Positions 19,220-29,348 of a DNA stretch of 64,000 bases are shown one piece after another. The notes below the pieces were generated by a model. It saw nothing but the letters and a program-made list of their open reading frames with translations. It had not been told where the DNA came from and made no database searches. The stretch covers positions 4,447 to 68,446 of the forward strand of contig JAZBNV010000100.1 of assembly GCA_036350795.1 (NCBI GenBank). The letters are read 5' to 3'. Source of the DNA: Marinilabiliaceae bacterium. GTDB lineage: Bacteria > Bacteroidota > Bacteroidia > Bacteroidales > VadinHA17. Positions within the stretch are counted from its first letter, which is position 1; each line of letters begins with the position of its first letter. Both the position numbers and the translations under genes were made by a program.

Positions 19220-20185
19220 ATGATAAGCAGAAGACTTTTAAGGATTAAGGCATTGATGATTATCTATGCTTTTAACAGGAAAGATGGTGACGATCTGGAA
19301 GCTGCTGAAAAGGAGTTGATGCACAGTATAAATAAAACATACGATTTGTATCACCTGCTTCTGCTTCTTGTACTGGAGATTGCAGATATCGCTGCTGAAA
19401 AAATAGAAATGTCAAGGAACAAGAGGATACCCACTGTCGAGGACCTTAATCCTAATACGCGGCTAATTGATAACAGGGTGATCAAATTCCTGGATACCAA
19501 CCAGTCCCTGAACAGCTATATAAAAAAATCGAAGCTGTCATTCAGGGAAAACCCGGAATTACCCAGAAAACTCTATAGCCAGATGCTCGAGTGGGACGAG
19601 TATAAGAGCTATATGTTAAAGGAAGAATCTACATTTAATGATGATCGCAGGTTTGTGAGCAGGATGATTACAGAGTTGATAGTTGCATCCCCCGACCTTA
19701 ACCTGCTGCTGGAGGAAATGAGCATTTACTGGAACGATGACCTTGAATTTGTGTGTCTTATGCTGGAAAAAACCATCAGGGGTTTTAAGGAAAACTCCGG
19801 GAGCGATTTCAGTCTTATGCCCCTGTTCAAAAACAGGGATGATGAGAATTTTGCCAGGCAACTGCTTCTGAAAACTATACTTAACGGCGCCAGGTATTCA
19901 GAACTGATAGACAGTAAAACTACCAACTGGGAAATAGACCGGGTCGCACTTATGGACACTCTTGTTATGCAGCTTGCTATATCTGAGATTATTGAGTTCG
20001 AAGAGATTCCTGTTAAGGTTACCCTCAACGAATATATTGAGATTGCCAAGTACTATTGTACAGCCAGGAGCGGCACATTTGTTAACGGGATACTTGATGA
20101 AATAGTGAAGGAAATGAGAAGTAAAAAACTTTTTGAAAAAAAAGGGCGTGGGCTGGTAGGAGAGCCAGGATATGAAGAAAGATAA
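19220..20185 (+). CDS. nusB: Transcription antitermination factor NusB (long Bacteroidota form)
   Basis: C-terminal NusB fold motifs (DRVALMDTLVMQLAISEI ... FVNGILD) and the conserved nusB-DUF1573-yajC neighbourhood. Confidence 0.8.
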   Translation: MISRRLLRIKALMIIYAFNRKDGDDLEAAEKELMHSINKTYDLYHLLLLLVLEIADIAAEKIEMSRNKRIPTVEDLNPNTRLIDNRVIKFLDTNQSLNSYIKKSKLSFRENPELPRKLYSQMLEWDEYKSYMLKEESTFNDDRRFVSRMITELIVASPDLNLLLEEMSIYWNDDLEFVCLMLEKTIRGFKENSGSDFSLMPLFKNRDDENFARQLLLKTILNGARYSELIDSKTTNWEIDRVALMDTLVMQLAISEIIEFEEIPVKVTLNEYIEIAKYYCTARSGTFVNGILDEIVKEMRSKKLFEKKGRGLVGEPGYEER

Positions 20186-20618
20186 AAATACAGGATACAG
20201 ACATCTGCTGCTCTTGTTTCTGGCCACTTCCTTATTTGCTTCATGTGGACTTAAGGAAAAGGGTGGTGATAAGCAGAAGACGGATGAAGACGGTGTGGCG
20301 CAGATAGATTTCGTTAAACTTGAGCACGATTTCGGGAAAATAAGCGAGGGAGAGAAAGTGGCCTGTGTTTTTAAATTTACTAATTCAGGCGATGCAGACC
20401 TTGTTATCAGCTCAGTTACAACCAGCTGTGGGTGTACAGTACCAGATTTTGACAATGAGCCTGTTAAACCCGGGGATAGCGGTACCATTGAAGTTATGTT
20501 CGATAGTGCATACAGGGAAGGTACACAGACAAAAACTATTACAGTAAGATCAAATGCGAGTGTCAGGGTAATGATACTGCGTATTATTGCTGAAGTTGAG
20601 AAAACTAATATTAATTAA
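20172..20618 (+). CDS. DUF1573 domain lipoprotein
   Basis: Lipobox LFASCG and the TSCGCTVP motif. Overlaps the nusB end by 14 nt. Confidence 0.8.
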   Translation: MKKDKNTGYRHLLLLFLATSLFASCGLKEKGGDKQKTDEDGVAQIDFVKLEHDFGKISEGEKVACVFKFTNSGDADLVISSVTTSCGCTVPDFDNEPVKPGDSGTIEVMFDSAYREGTQTKTITVRSNASVRVMILRIIAEVEKTNIN

Positions 20619-20637
20619 CAAACAAAAATAAATTGAG

Positions 20638-20958
20638 ATGAATAATTTCGCGTTCTTGTATTTGATGACACCTCCTGCAGAAGGAGCAAACCCTCTGGCA
20701 ACATTTTTACCTTTGATTCTTGTATTTGTAGTGTTTTATTTCTTTATGATAAGACCGCAGATGAGAAAGCAAAAGGAGATGACAAATTACCGGTCCGGTC
20801 TTTCCAAAGGAGATAAGGTAATAACTACAGGCGGTATTTATGGAAAGATAACTGATGTTAAGGATACTACTGTTACCGTGGACGTTGGAGATGGTGTTTT
20901 GCTTAAAATTGATAAAAGTGCTATCTTAAAGGATTCTTCCGATTTGGAGAAGAAATAA
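20638..20958 (+). CDS. yajC: Preprotein translocase subunit YajC
   Basis: Single TM segment, then RPQMRKQKE ... GDKVITTGGIYGKITDV. Confidence 0.85.
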   Translation: MNNFAFLYLMTPPAEGANPLATFLPLILVFVVFYFFMIRPQMRKQKEMTNYRSGLSKGDKVITTGGIYGKITDVKDTTVTVDVGDGVLLKIDKSAILKDSSDLEKK

Positions 20959-20982
20959 TTCTATTGGTCATCTAAAAATACT

Positions 20983-21990
20983 ATGAGCCTGGCAGAAAGA
21001 AGCGAGCTCTGGCGCAAACGCTTTGGAGAGTTGAGAACGCGTCTTCTCAGGAGAGAGGTGGCTGTATTCTCATTTTTTCTCTTACTGTCATTTGTTTTCT
21101 GGTTTCTTAATGGACTCAGCAAGGAAATGAAAGGGAGAATTGAATATCCTGTAAGGTATATTAACTTCCCCGAAGGTAAAACTCTCGTTAATGATTTGCC
21201 TGATCATCTTTCTCTTTCTGTTGAAGGCCCGGGATATTCCATAGTGCAGACAAAACTCGGCGGAAGCAGGGAACATCTTACCATCGACCTGGACCGTATC
21301 TCAATACAGGTACTGGAAGACCGTGAGATTCTTAAATTGTACAGCCTTACATATAATCTAAGGGCCATGCTTGCCGAGCAGATCAGAACTGATTTTAGCA
21401 TAAACTCAATATCACCCGATACTATATTCTTCGATATGGACCGTATTTCAAGGAAGAAAGTGATGGTAATTCCTGATATTGAGATAAATACCCAGAGGCA
21501 GTATATTGTAAATGGTAATATCAGCTGTGATCCCGATTCCATAGAAATATCAGGACCCAGGGTTATAGTGGATACTGTATCAGCTGTTTATACAAGGAAT
21601 TATACTTTTGACCAGCTCAACAGGACAGAAAGCAAAACACTTGTTCTGAAGCCAATAAACAGGATTGCTTTCTCTGAGAGAAAAGTGGAGGTGAATATCC
21701 CGGTTGAGCAATTTACTGAGGCCTTGCTTGAGGTAGCTCTGAAAGCAGTTAATGTACCTGATACCGCACTTGTAAGATTATTCCCCGACAGGGTGAAGGT
21801 AAGTTGTATTGTTGCCCTGAGCGACTATAATAATTTTATGAATGCCCCGCTTGAGGCCATTGTAGATATGGCTGGTCTGGATATTGCATCAACTTCCAGG
21901 CTGAAAGTTGAACTTAGAAACCTGCCTGTCTATGCAGCGCAGGTAAGGCATAACCCGCAGTTTGTTGAGTACTTAATCGAGAAGAAATGA
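20983..21990 (+). CDS. YbbR-like domain protein
   Basis: N-terminal TM segment and repeated beta-rich modules. Called mainly from the conserved position between yajC and coaE. Confidence 0.55.
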   Translation: MSLAERSELWRKRFGELRTRLLRREVAVFSFFLLLSFVFWFLNGLSKEMKGRIEYPVRYINFPEGKTLVNDLPDHLSLSVEGPGYSIVQTKLGGSREHLTIDLDRISIQVLEDREILKLYSLTYNLRAMLAEQIRTDFSINSISPDTIFFDMDRISRKKVMVIPDIEINTQRQYIVNGNISCDPDSIEISGPRVIVDTVSAVYTRNYTFDQLNRTESKTLVLKPINRIAFSERKVEVNIPVEQFTEALLEVALKAVNVPDTALVRLFPDRVKVSCIVALSDYNNFMNAPLEAIVDMAGLDIASTSRLKVELRNLPVYAAQVRHNPQFVEYLIEKK

Positions 21991-22592
21991 AATTCAGACT
22001 GGGAATAACAGGCGGAATAGGAAGCGGCAAGTCTACAGTCTGCAAAGTGTTTGAAGTACTGGGAGTCAGGGTTTTTTATAGTGATCTGGAAGCCCGGGTC
22101 ATCATGGATACAAGTCCCCTGGTATATAAGGGCCTGGAAAAAATACTGGGATTTGATATTTATGTTGACGGAAAAATCGACAGACCCAGGCTGGCAGATA
22201 TTATTTTTAATGATTCAAAAAAACTGGAACAGGTAAATATGCTTGTTCACCCGCTTGTACTGGAGAAATTTGCAGGCTGGAGTCAAAAACAGGATTCTGA
22301 TTATGTTATACTTGAATCAGCTGTTTTATTTGAAAGTGGTGCCGGTGAAGTACTTGATAAAACACTTGCTGTAATCGCACCCCTGGAAGAAAGGATTGCA
22401 CGGGTTATGGAACGCAATAATATGAAGCGTGAGGAAGTCCTGGAAAGAATTAAAAACCAGGTTTCTGAAAATGAAATGCTGAGAAAGGCAGATTTTCTGC
22501 TCGATAATGCTGATTCCAGTATGCTTATACCGCAGGTAATAAGCGTGCATAATGAAATAAAAAATATTTTAACAAAGTCTGAGAATGGGTAA
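21987..22592 (+). CDS. coaE: Dephospho-CoA kinase
   Basis: GITGGIGSGKST P-loop, 201 aa, with a 4-nt ATGA overlap with the upstream gene. Confidence 0.9.
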   Translation: MKFRLGITGGIGSGKSTVCKVFEVLGVRVFYSDLEARVIMDTSPLVYKGLEKILGFDIYVDGKIDRPRLADIIFNDSKKLEQVNMLVHPLVLEKFAGWSQKQDSDYVILESAVLFESGAGEVLDKTLAVIAPLEERIARVMERNNMKREEVLERIKNQVSENEMLRKADFLLDNADSSMLIPQVISVHNEIKNILTKSENG

Positions 22593-23319
22593 ATACGCTA
22601 AATGGATTGGTGGCGGGCTTGGATGGTTTATGGGTGGTCCGCTCGGAGCCGTAGCCGGATATTTTATCGGGTCTATATTTGATACCCCCGGGGAAAGCAC
22701 CACAAGAACACGATACAGGGGCAGAACCTATACTACAACCGCAGGCGACTTTGCCCTCAGCCTTATCGTACTCGTTGCTGCAGTAATGAAAGCAGATGGT
22801 AAGATAGTAAAGTCGGAACTGGATTTTGTTAAGGACTGGTTTAAAAGGCAGTTCGGTGAAGATACAGCCTCAGAAGCAATCCTGATGTTAAGGGATATGC
22901 TCAAGAAGGAAATTCCCCTGGCCGAGGTTTGCGGACAGATAAGCAGAAATATGGAATATACATCCAGGATACAACTGATACATATGCTTTACGAAGTATC
23001 AGCTTCTGATGGTGAGTTCGACAAAGCAGAGATGTCAGTAATAGACAGGATAGCCACTTATCTCAATATATCAGCCAGCGATAAGGAATCTATAAGGAAT
23101 ATGTTTATCCCTGATACAAATGCTGCATATAAGATACTTGAGATTGAACCTGCTGCTACTGATGGCGATATAAAAAGAGCGTACAGGAGAATGGCAAGGA
23201 AATATCATCCCGATACGGTAAATCATCTGGGCGAGGACTTCAGGAAGGCAGCGAATGAGAAATTCAGAAAGGTGAACGAGGCTTACGAACAAATTAAGAA
23301 AGAAAGAAATATTAAATAG
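22585..23319 (+). CDS. DjlA-like membrane co-chaperone (TM + TerB-like domain + C-terminal J domain)
   Basis: N-terminal Gly-rich TM segment and a C-terminal J domain (AYKILEIEPAATDGDIKRAYRRMARKYHPD). Confidence 0.8.
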   Translation: MGKYAKWIGGGLGWFMGGPLGAVAGYFIGSIFDTPGESTTRTRYRGRTYTTTAGDFALSLIVLVAAVMKADGKIVKSELDFVKDWFKRQFGEDTASEAILMLRDMLKKEIPLAEVCGQISRNMEYTSRIQLIHMLYEVSASDGEFDKAEMSVIDRIATYLNISASDKESIRNMFIPDTNAAYKILEIEPAATDGDIKRAYRRMARKYHPDTVNHLGEDFRKAANEKFRKVNEAYEQIKKERNIK

Positions 23320-23341
23320 ACGATTTTAAAGAATACAGAAA

Positions 23342-23830
23342 ATGAAACTTAAAGACATATTATCTATTTCAGGCGAGGGAGGACTTTTCAGATTTATCGC
23401 CCAGGGAAAGAATTCAATTATTGTAGAACACCTCGAAACAAAAAAACGCAGCGCAGCACATGGTACAGCAAAGGTAAGTTCGCTTGTGGATATAGCTATT
23501 TTTACAGAAGGTGAAGAGGTGCCGCTGGGCGATGTTTTTGACAGGATATTTGAAAAAGAGGAGGGCGGAGAAGCAATAAACCATAAGTCAACTCCCGATG
23601 AGCTAAAAGCCTATTTTGGAGAAGTGCTCCCCGATTATGACCGCGACAGGGTTTATGTTTCTGATATCCGGAAATTAATAAGCTGGTATAATACCCTTCA
23701 GAGCCTTAAGCTGCTGGTGCCAGGATCTGACAATGAAGACGAAGCTGAAAGTACCGGTGAAGCCGGCAACTCTGATCAGGCAGACACGGACAGGCAGAAG
23801 CCTGAGAACGAGCCCAAAGCGGAAGAATAG
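23342..23830 (+). CDS. DUF5606-like protein with an acidic C-terminal tail
   Basis: The N-terminus (LKDILSISGEGGLFRFIAQGKN) resembles DUF5606 as I remember it. Not verified. Confidence 0.5.
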   Translation: MKLKDILSISGEGGLFRFIAQGKNSIIVEHLETKKRSAAHGTAKVSSLVDIAIFTEGEEVPLGDVFDRIFEKEEGGEAINHKSTPDELKAYFGEVLPDYDRDRVYVSDIRKLISWYNTLQSLKLLVPGSDNEDEAESTGEAGNSDQADTDRQKPENEPKAEE

Positions 23831-23946
23831 ATTTTGCCGGTCTGAATATTTATCAGAACCTGTAATTTAGCACTCAGCTGTTCTATAATATCTTTTACCA
23901 AAAGATTTTTGTTGTATCTTGTTTAGGCACAAAACTAACTTGATAA

Positions 23947-26883
23947 ATGAGAACAATAAGTATCTTTTTACTATTGTCTTTTTCCTTATTGGTAAAGGGG
24001 CAGCAAATATCTTCATTTACTGAATCAGATGACTTTAAATACCGTAATGTAGGACCATCCAGGGGAGGAAGGGTTACTGCTGTAGCCGGAGTTGAATCTG
24101 ATGCTTCAACTTATTACATGGGTGCTACGGGAGGTGGTGTGTGGAAGACCACGGACTACGGTAAAAGCTGGAGGAATATTTCGGACGCTTATTTTAAAAC
24201 AGCTTCGATAGGTTCTATTGCGGTGTTCCAGGAAAATCCGGACATTATATATGTAGGGACCGGCTCTGACGGGCTGCGCAGTAACGTAATTATCGGTAAA
24301 GGAGCCTATAAAAGCGAGGATGCAGGAAAAACATGGTCCTGCCTGGGACTCGAAAATGTAGGGCAGATTGGAGCTGTAATAATTGATCCTGAAAATCCCG
24401 ACAGGGTCTTTATGGCTGCTATAGGCAATCCCTTCGGACCAAACGATGAAAGAGGTGTTTACAGAACTCTGGATGGTGGCGATACCTGGGAGAAAGTGCT
24501 TTTTATCTCCGAAAACACAGGTGTTTGTGACCTGGAGTTTCATCCGGGCAACACGGATATTATATATGCTTCGGCATGGACGGCAAGGAGAAAACCATGG
24601 ACAATTATCTCAGGTTCTGAAGAAGGAGGAATTTTCAGAACAGTAGATGGCGGATCTGTATGGACAAAATTAAGCGCTGATCTGCCAGCCGGGATTGTTG
24701 GCAAGAGTGACCTGGCTGTTTGCAGGGCCGAACCGGATATGCTATATGCCCTTATAGAAGCAGAAAATGACCAGGGTGGACTATATATCTCAAAAAATAT
24801 GGGAGATTCATTTACTCTTGCAGGGAAGCAGTCTTTCCTGCTCGACAGGCCCTTTTATTATACCAATATCGATGTTGATCCTACTAATCCTGATATAATA
24901 TATTCAAATTCAACAGGGTTTTACCGCTCATCCGACAGGGGAAAAAGCTGGCAGAGAAGATCAACACCTCATGGAGATAACCATGATATGTGGATTAATC
25001 CGTCAAACCCCGAAATTTATATCCAGTCAAACGACGGAGGTGCAAATATTACCTTAAACGGAGGTGTTACCTGGTCAGAACAAAACAACCAGCCAACAGC
25101 TGAACTGTACCAGGTAAATGTTGACGACCAGGTACCTTACTGGCTCTATGCCGGTCAGCAGGATAATTCTACAGTTGCCATACCCTCAACATCCTCGGTA
25201 AGTTATTCAGGAATGGGAAGGGGTGGATCTTCATTTATTTCCGTTGGTGGATGCGAAACGGGACCGGCTGTTCCTAAACCCGGCAATCCTGATATTGTAT
25301 ACTCCAATTGCAAGGGTCGCTTCGGAAGGTTTAATAAAGTCACGGGTGTTGAGAAACAATATTATGTAGGTGCATGGAATATGTATGGTCACAATCCTAA
25401 AGATTTGAAGTACAGGTTTCAAAGGGTTTCCCCAATATTGGTTTCACCGCATGACCCCAATACGGTTTACCATGCATCCCAGTACCTTCACCGTACCAGG
25501 GATGAAGGTGTTACCTGGGAGACAATCTCTCCTGACCTTACCGCCTTTGAACCTGATAAGCAGGTAATTTCAGGTAGTCCTATTACCAGGGATATTACCG
25601 GTGAAGAATTCTATAGTACTATCTATGCGGTAGCCGAATCACCCAGGCAGAAAGGTGTAATCTGGACAGGTGCAAACGACGGACCGGTTTATGTTACAAA
25701 AGACTCAGGCGAAAACTGGAAGAATGTCACCCCGCCAGTATTATTACCTGGCGGAAGGGTTCAGACTATTGAAGCATCACCACATAAACCGGCAAAAGCC
25801 TTCTTCGCAGTATACAGGTACCTTCTCGACGACTGGGCACCATATATATTCAAAACAAATGATTATGGTGAGAACTGGACCCTGATAGTTAATGGAATTC
25901 CTGCAGACGAACCGGTAAGGGTAATTCGTGAAGACCCCGTTGTGGAAGGCTTGCTTTATGCCGGAACAGAATCCGGAATCTATATATCTTTTGATGACGG
26001 TGAATCCTGGAGTGATTTCAGACTTAACCTGCCGGTGGTTCCTGTAACTGATATTAAAATTTTCAGAAACGATATGGTAATCTCAACAATGGGAAGGTCA
26101 TTCTGGATACTGGATGATATTTCTCCCCTCAGGCACATTGAAGCTATTGCACAGGGGGATGTTAATTATCTTTTCAAACCAGCCGATACCTACCGGTCAC
26201 CATCTGTTTCATCAGTGCCGATAAGCTATTTCCTGGCCGAAGCTGATACTGGCCTCGAACTTATTATCGAGGATCCGCAGGGCAGGGAGATTATGAAATA
26301 TGCTGGCGATAGTAACAGGAAGCCCTCAAACAATAAGGGTTTCAACAGGATTTACTGGGATATGAGCAGCTATGGGGCACAATCCTCGGGCGGTCGCCAG
26401 TCGAGAGGACCCAGGGTTCCCCCTCAAAGATATACCCTCAGGCTTAAAATAAACGGAGTGGAGCTTAAATCAGCCATTGAGGTTCTGCCCGATCCTTTAA
26501 TGGTGGCCGATGGTCTCACTTTTGCAAGCTACAATAAGCAGTTTAATCTCAGCCTCGACATTATCAGCCTGATTGATGAGGCATCTTCTCTTACTGATAA
26601 TGTCAGGTCAGATCTTGACGGGCTGAATTCAATAAAAGAGTCCGGGAAGAAACTATCCAGGAAGCAAACAAAGACTTTCGAACAGCTTACAGAGATTTAT
26701 GATAAAATGGTAACGGCCAGGATAACCTATCCCCGGCCCATGCTAAACGATCAGATCAGGTACCTGTATTCAATGGTTTCCGGAGCAGACCAGGAACCTG
26801 GTAAAGATGCATTTATAAGACTTGAGGAGCTCAGAAATGAATTAGCGCTTTTGCTTGAAGCTTATAATCAATTGATTGATTAA
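23947..26883 (+). CDS. Secreted sortilin/VPS10-like BNR (Asp-box) beta-propeller protein
   Basis: Signal peptide and at least 9 Asp-box motifs SxDxGxTW. Examples: TDYGKSWRN, SEDAGKTWS, TLDGGDTWE, SSDRGKSWQ, TRDEGVTWE, TKDSGENWK, TNDYGENWT, FDDGESWS. Confidence 0.75.
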   Translation: MRTISIFLLLSFSLLVKGQQISSFTESDDFKYRNVGPSRGGRVTAVAGVESDASTYYMGATGGGVWKTTDYGKSWRNISDAYFKTASIGSIAVFQENPDIIYVGTGSDGLRSNVIIGKGAYKSEDAGKTWSCLGLENVGQIGAVIIDPENPDRVFMAAIGNPFGPNDERGVYRTLDGGDTWEKVLFISENTGVCDLEFHPGNTDIIYASAWTARRKPWTIISGSEEGGIFRTVDGGSVWTKLSADLPAGIVGKSDLAVCRAEPDMLYALIEAENDQGGLYISKNMGDSFTLAGKQSFLLDRPFYYTNIDVDPTNPDIIYSNSTGFYRSSDRGKSWQRRSTPHGDNHDMWINPSNPEIYIQSNDGGANITLNGGVTWSEQNNQPTAELYQVNVDDQVPYWLYAGQQDNSTVAIPSTSSVSYSGMGRGGSSFISVGGCETGPAVPKPGNPDIVYSNCKGRFGRFNKVTGVEKQYYVGAWNMYGHNPKDLKYRFQRVSPILVSPHDPNTVYHASQYLHRTRDEGVTWETISPDLTAFEPDKQVISGSPITRDITGEEFYSTIYAVAESPRQKGVIWTGANDGPVYVTKDSGENWKNVTPPVLLPGGRVQTIEASPHKPAKAFFAVYRYLLDDWAPYIFKTNDYGENWTLIVNGIPADEPVRVIREDPVVEGLLYAGTESGIYISFDDGESWSDFRLNLPVVPVTDIKIFRNDMVISTMGRSFWILDDISPLRHIEAIAQGDVNYLFKPADTYRSPSVSSVPISYFLAEADTGLELIIEDPQGREIMKYAGDSNRKPSNNKGFNRIYWDMSSYGAQSSGGRQSRGPRVPPQRYTLRLKINGVELKSAIEVLPDPLMVADGLTFASYNKQFNLSLDIISLIDEASSLTDNVRSDLDGLNSIKESGKKLSRKQTKTFEQLTEIYDKMVTARITYPRPMLNDQIRYLYSMVSGADQEPGKDAFIRLEELRNELALLLEAYNQLID

Positions 26884-26958
26884 TAAATTCTATTTTATTA
26901 AATTTGTTTGGGATAAAAGGGTAACTTTCCCCCAATACCTCTAACCAAACCTGATACT

Positions 26959-29307
26959 ATGGTCAACTTTACTTTATTAAAGCGGGTTTATTTAGCCATA
27001 ATAATGCTGAGTCTCCTGGCCAGCTGTAGAAATAACGCCCCGATAATCAGCCATAACTATGAATCTGATACTGTCAGTGTTAAGCATGGAGAAGTCATTG
27101 ATCTTGATTTAAGATTTATCGATGATAAGAACGAACTTGACAGTGCCAATGTCAGTTTCAGGACAAAAGAAGTGTTTGCCGGTAAGGATACCAGCTTCCT
27201 CTTTAAGCTTAACACCTCACAACTGCCTGCCGGCAACTACCCCCTGGATATTTATGCAAGCGATCAGAAAGACAATTCTGTAAGGCTTAATATGCTTATT
27301 AAGGTTGAGCCGGTAAAACCGCTTATAGGTGAGGTAGCTTTTTCTGATGTGAGGGCTACACAGCTTAAGCTGAAAATGAAGCTGCTCTCTTCGGGAGGTA
27401 TTCCGCTTACTGAAAAAGGACTTGTTTACTCCGAAAAGGAGGATGTAAGTATTGACGATGCTAAGATCATTATTAAAAATGATGGAGCAAATATTGACCA
27501 GGTGCTTGATGGTTTGCCAAGAAACACAAAGCTTTTTGTGCGGGCTTATGCTCAAAATAATGTGGGTGTTAGTTATTCTGAGCCCACAGAGATTAAAACT
27601 CTTTCAGGAATACCGGTGGTTGCTACCGCTGGTATTTCAGATATACATTCCAGAGAAGTTAATGCATCAGGAAGGGTTCTTACAGACGGCGGAGCAGACC
27701 TTACAGCCTATGGTATATGCTTTAGCACCAGTTCAGAACCAGGCATGAAGGATAATGTGCGAAGAAGCAGGTCGGGATGGAGATTTAACCTGGGCCTTGA
27801 TGAGCTTACTCCCTTTACCAGGTATTACTACCGGGCTTTTGCAAGCAATCGTTTTGCAACGGTTTACGGTGAAACCATGGAGTTTGAGACAACAGGGCCA
27901 CCCACCGTGAAAACAGGGGTCCATGGCAGGATAATGATTAACTCTGTTGAATTCAGTATTGACGTAACAGATAATGGTGGTCATGAGGTTAGTGATGCGG
28001 GAATTGTGTACAGCATGCTCAAAGAACCCACAATAGATTCGAATGTTTTTTCCATGGGTAAAGGCAGGGGTAAAATCTCAGGCCTTGTTAAAAACCTGGA
28101 TCCCGGCACAAAGTATCATATGAGGGCATATGCAGTTAACAGTGAGGGTGTCTCGTATGGAGAGGAGATCGAGCTCTTTACAAAGCTTGGAATTCCGTCA
28201 GTCGAAATACAGGGTGTTGAGGATATTGATTTCTCGAGCGCAAAGATACTTGCAAGCATTACAGACGACGGTGGATTGGATGTTCTGGAACGGGGAATTG
28301 TATGGGATACGGTTTCACGACCTAACAAAGATCACAATTTTGCCGAAGTACCCGGCTCAGCCGGACCATTCTTTTTTACCATACCCGGACTGGAATCAGG
28401 CATCAGGTATTATGCCAGGGCATATGCTCTTAACGAAAGGGGCATTGTATACTCAGAATCCGTAGATTTTGTTCCCTATATTAATACACCCATGGCTGAG
28501 ATAAATGGAGGTACATTCAATATGGGAAGTGAGGACGGAGACAAGTCAGAACAGCCGGTTCACCAGGTAAGCCTGTCGCCATATAGCATTGGCAAATATG
28601 AAGTTTCAAACCTTGAATATGCAAATTTCCTGAATTCCATGCTCGACAGGATAAGCATGGAGGGAGACGGCGATGTTGTAAACATCGACGGAATACCTGT
28701 GTATCACCTCAGGGTATATGGAGAGGACTATGATAAGACAGGCTTTAAGGTTCATATTGCTTATGATGGAGAAAAGTTTTTTGTAAATAATGAATGCACC
28801 TCCTTTCCTGCCATACTTGTTACCTGGGAAGGAGCAAGGATGTTTTGCGAATGGGCAGGAGGAAGACTTCCTACAGAAGCAGAGTGGGAGTTTGCTGCAA
28901 AGGGTGCTAAAAACAGCAGCAATGCCTTTGCCGGCTCTAACAGGCTGGAAAGGGTTGGATGGTTCTACAGGAACTGCAAGGATGCTGCCTGTCCGCTGAC
29001 TGATGACACACGCGGTCTTAACCGGAGTGGCGGTAAAAGTCCAAATTCTATTGGTCTGTACGATATGTCGGGCAATGCTGCTGAATGGTGCCTGGATTAT
29101 TATTCCAATGACTACTACAAGAACGGGGATGCTGAAAACCCTATGGGACCTGAAAAAGGCTTATTCCGTGTTATAAGGGGAGGCAGCTGGGCCGATAAGG
29201 AATCAGACTGCACGGTGTACAGGAGAGTAAAAAGTTTTGACTCGAACCACGGTTACGACAATATAGGATTCAGGCTTGTACGGCCAGGCAGTATAAACAA
29301 AGATTGA
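26959..29307 (+). CDS. Lipoprotein with four FN3/Ig-like repeats and a C-terminal FGE-sulfatase (SUMF1/EgtB/PvdO) domain
   Basis: Lipobox LLASC. Four modules of about 90 aa each end in RAYA.N..G..Y.E...F. The C-terminus has RVIRGGSW ... NIGFRLVRP. Confidence 0.8.
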   Translation: MVNFTLLKRVYLAIIMLSLLASCRNNAPIISHNYESDTVSVKHGEVIDLDLRFIDDKNELDSANVSFRTKEVFAGKDTSFLFKLNTSQLPAGNYPLDIYASDQKDNSVRLNMLIKVEPVKPLIGEVAFSDVRATQLKLKMKLLSSGGIPLTEKGLVYSEKEDVSIDDAKIIIKNDGANIDQVLDGLPRNTKLFVRAYAQNNVGVSYSEPTEIKTLSGIPVVATAGISDIHSREVNASGRVLTDGGADLTAYGICFSTSSEPGMKDNVRRSRSGWRFNLGLDELTPFTRYYYRAFASNRFATVYGETMEFETTGPPTVKTGVHGRIMINSVEFSIDVTDNGGHEVSDAGIVYSMLKEPTIDSNVFSMGKGRGKISGLVKNLDPGTKYHMRAYAVNSEGVSYGEEIELFTKLGIPSVEIQGVEDIDFSSAKILASITDDGGLDVLERGIVWDTVSRPNKDHNFAEVPGSAGPFFFTIPGLESGIRYYARAYALNERGIVYSESVDFVPYINTPMAEINGGTFNMGSEDGDKSEQPVHQVSLSPYSIGKYEVSNLEYANFLNSMLDRISMEGDGDVVNIDGIPVYHLRVYGEDYDKTGFKVHIAYDGEKFFVNNECTSFPAILVTWEGARMFCEWAGGRLPTEAEWEFAAKGAKNSSNAFAGSNRLERVGWFYRNCKDAACPLTDDTRGLNRSGGKSPNSIGLYDMSGNAAEWCLDYYSNDYYKNGDAENPMGPEKGLFRVIRGGSWADKESDCTVYRRVKSFDSNHGYDNIGFRLVRPGSINKD

Positions 29308-29348
29308 TGATTTAGTAATTATTTACCCGGGGAGGTAAAGATATAAGC

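Noticed and set aside
19898-20488. 196-aa ORF antisense to nusB and the DUF1573 gene
   Set aside because: It spans two well-supported sense genes. It is Ser/Leu/Pro-rich and low-complexity, with no plausible start context.
26959-29307. The FGE/C-type-lectin-fold C-terminus as a diversity-generating retroelement (DGR) variable protein
   Set aside because: No reverse transcriptase ORF and no template-repeat copy of the 3' end is visible nearby. The downstream gene is convergent mazG.
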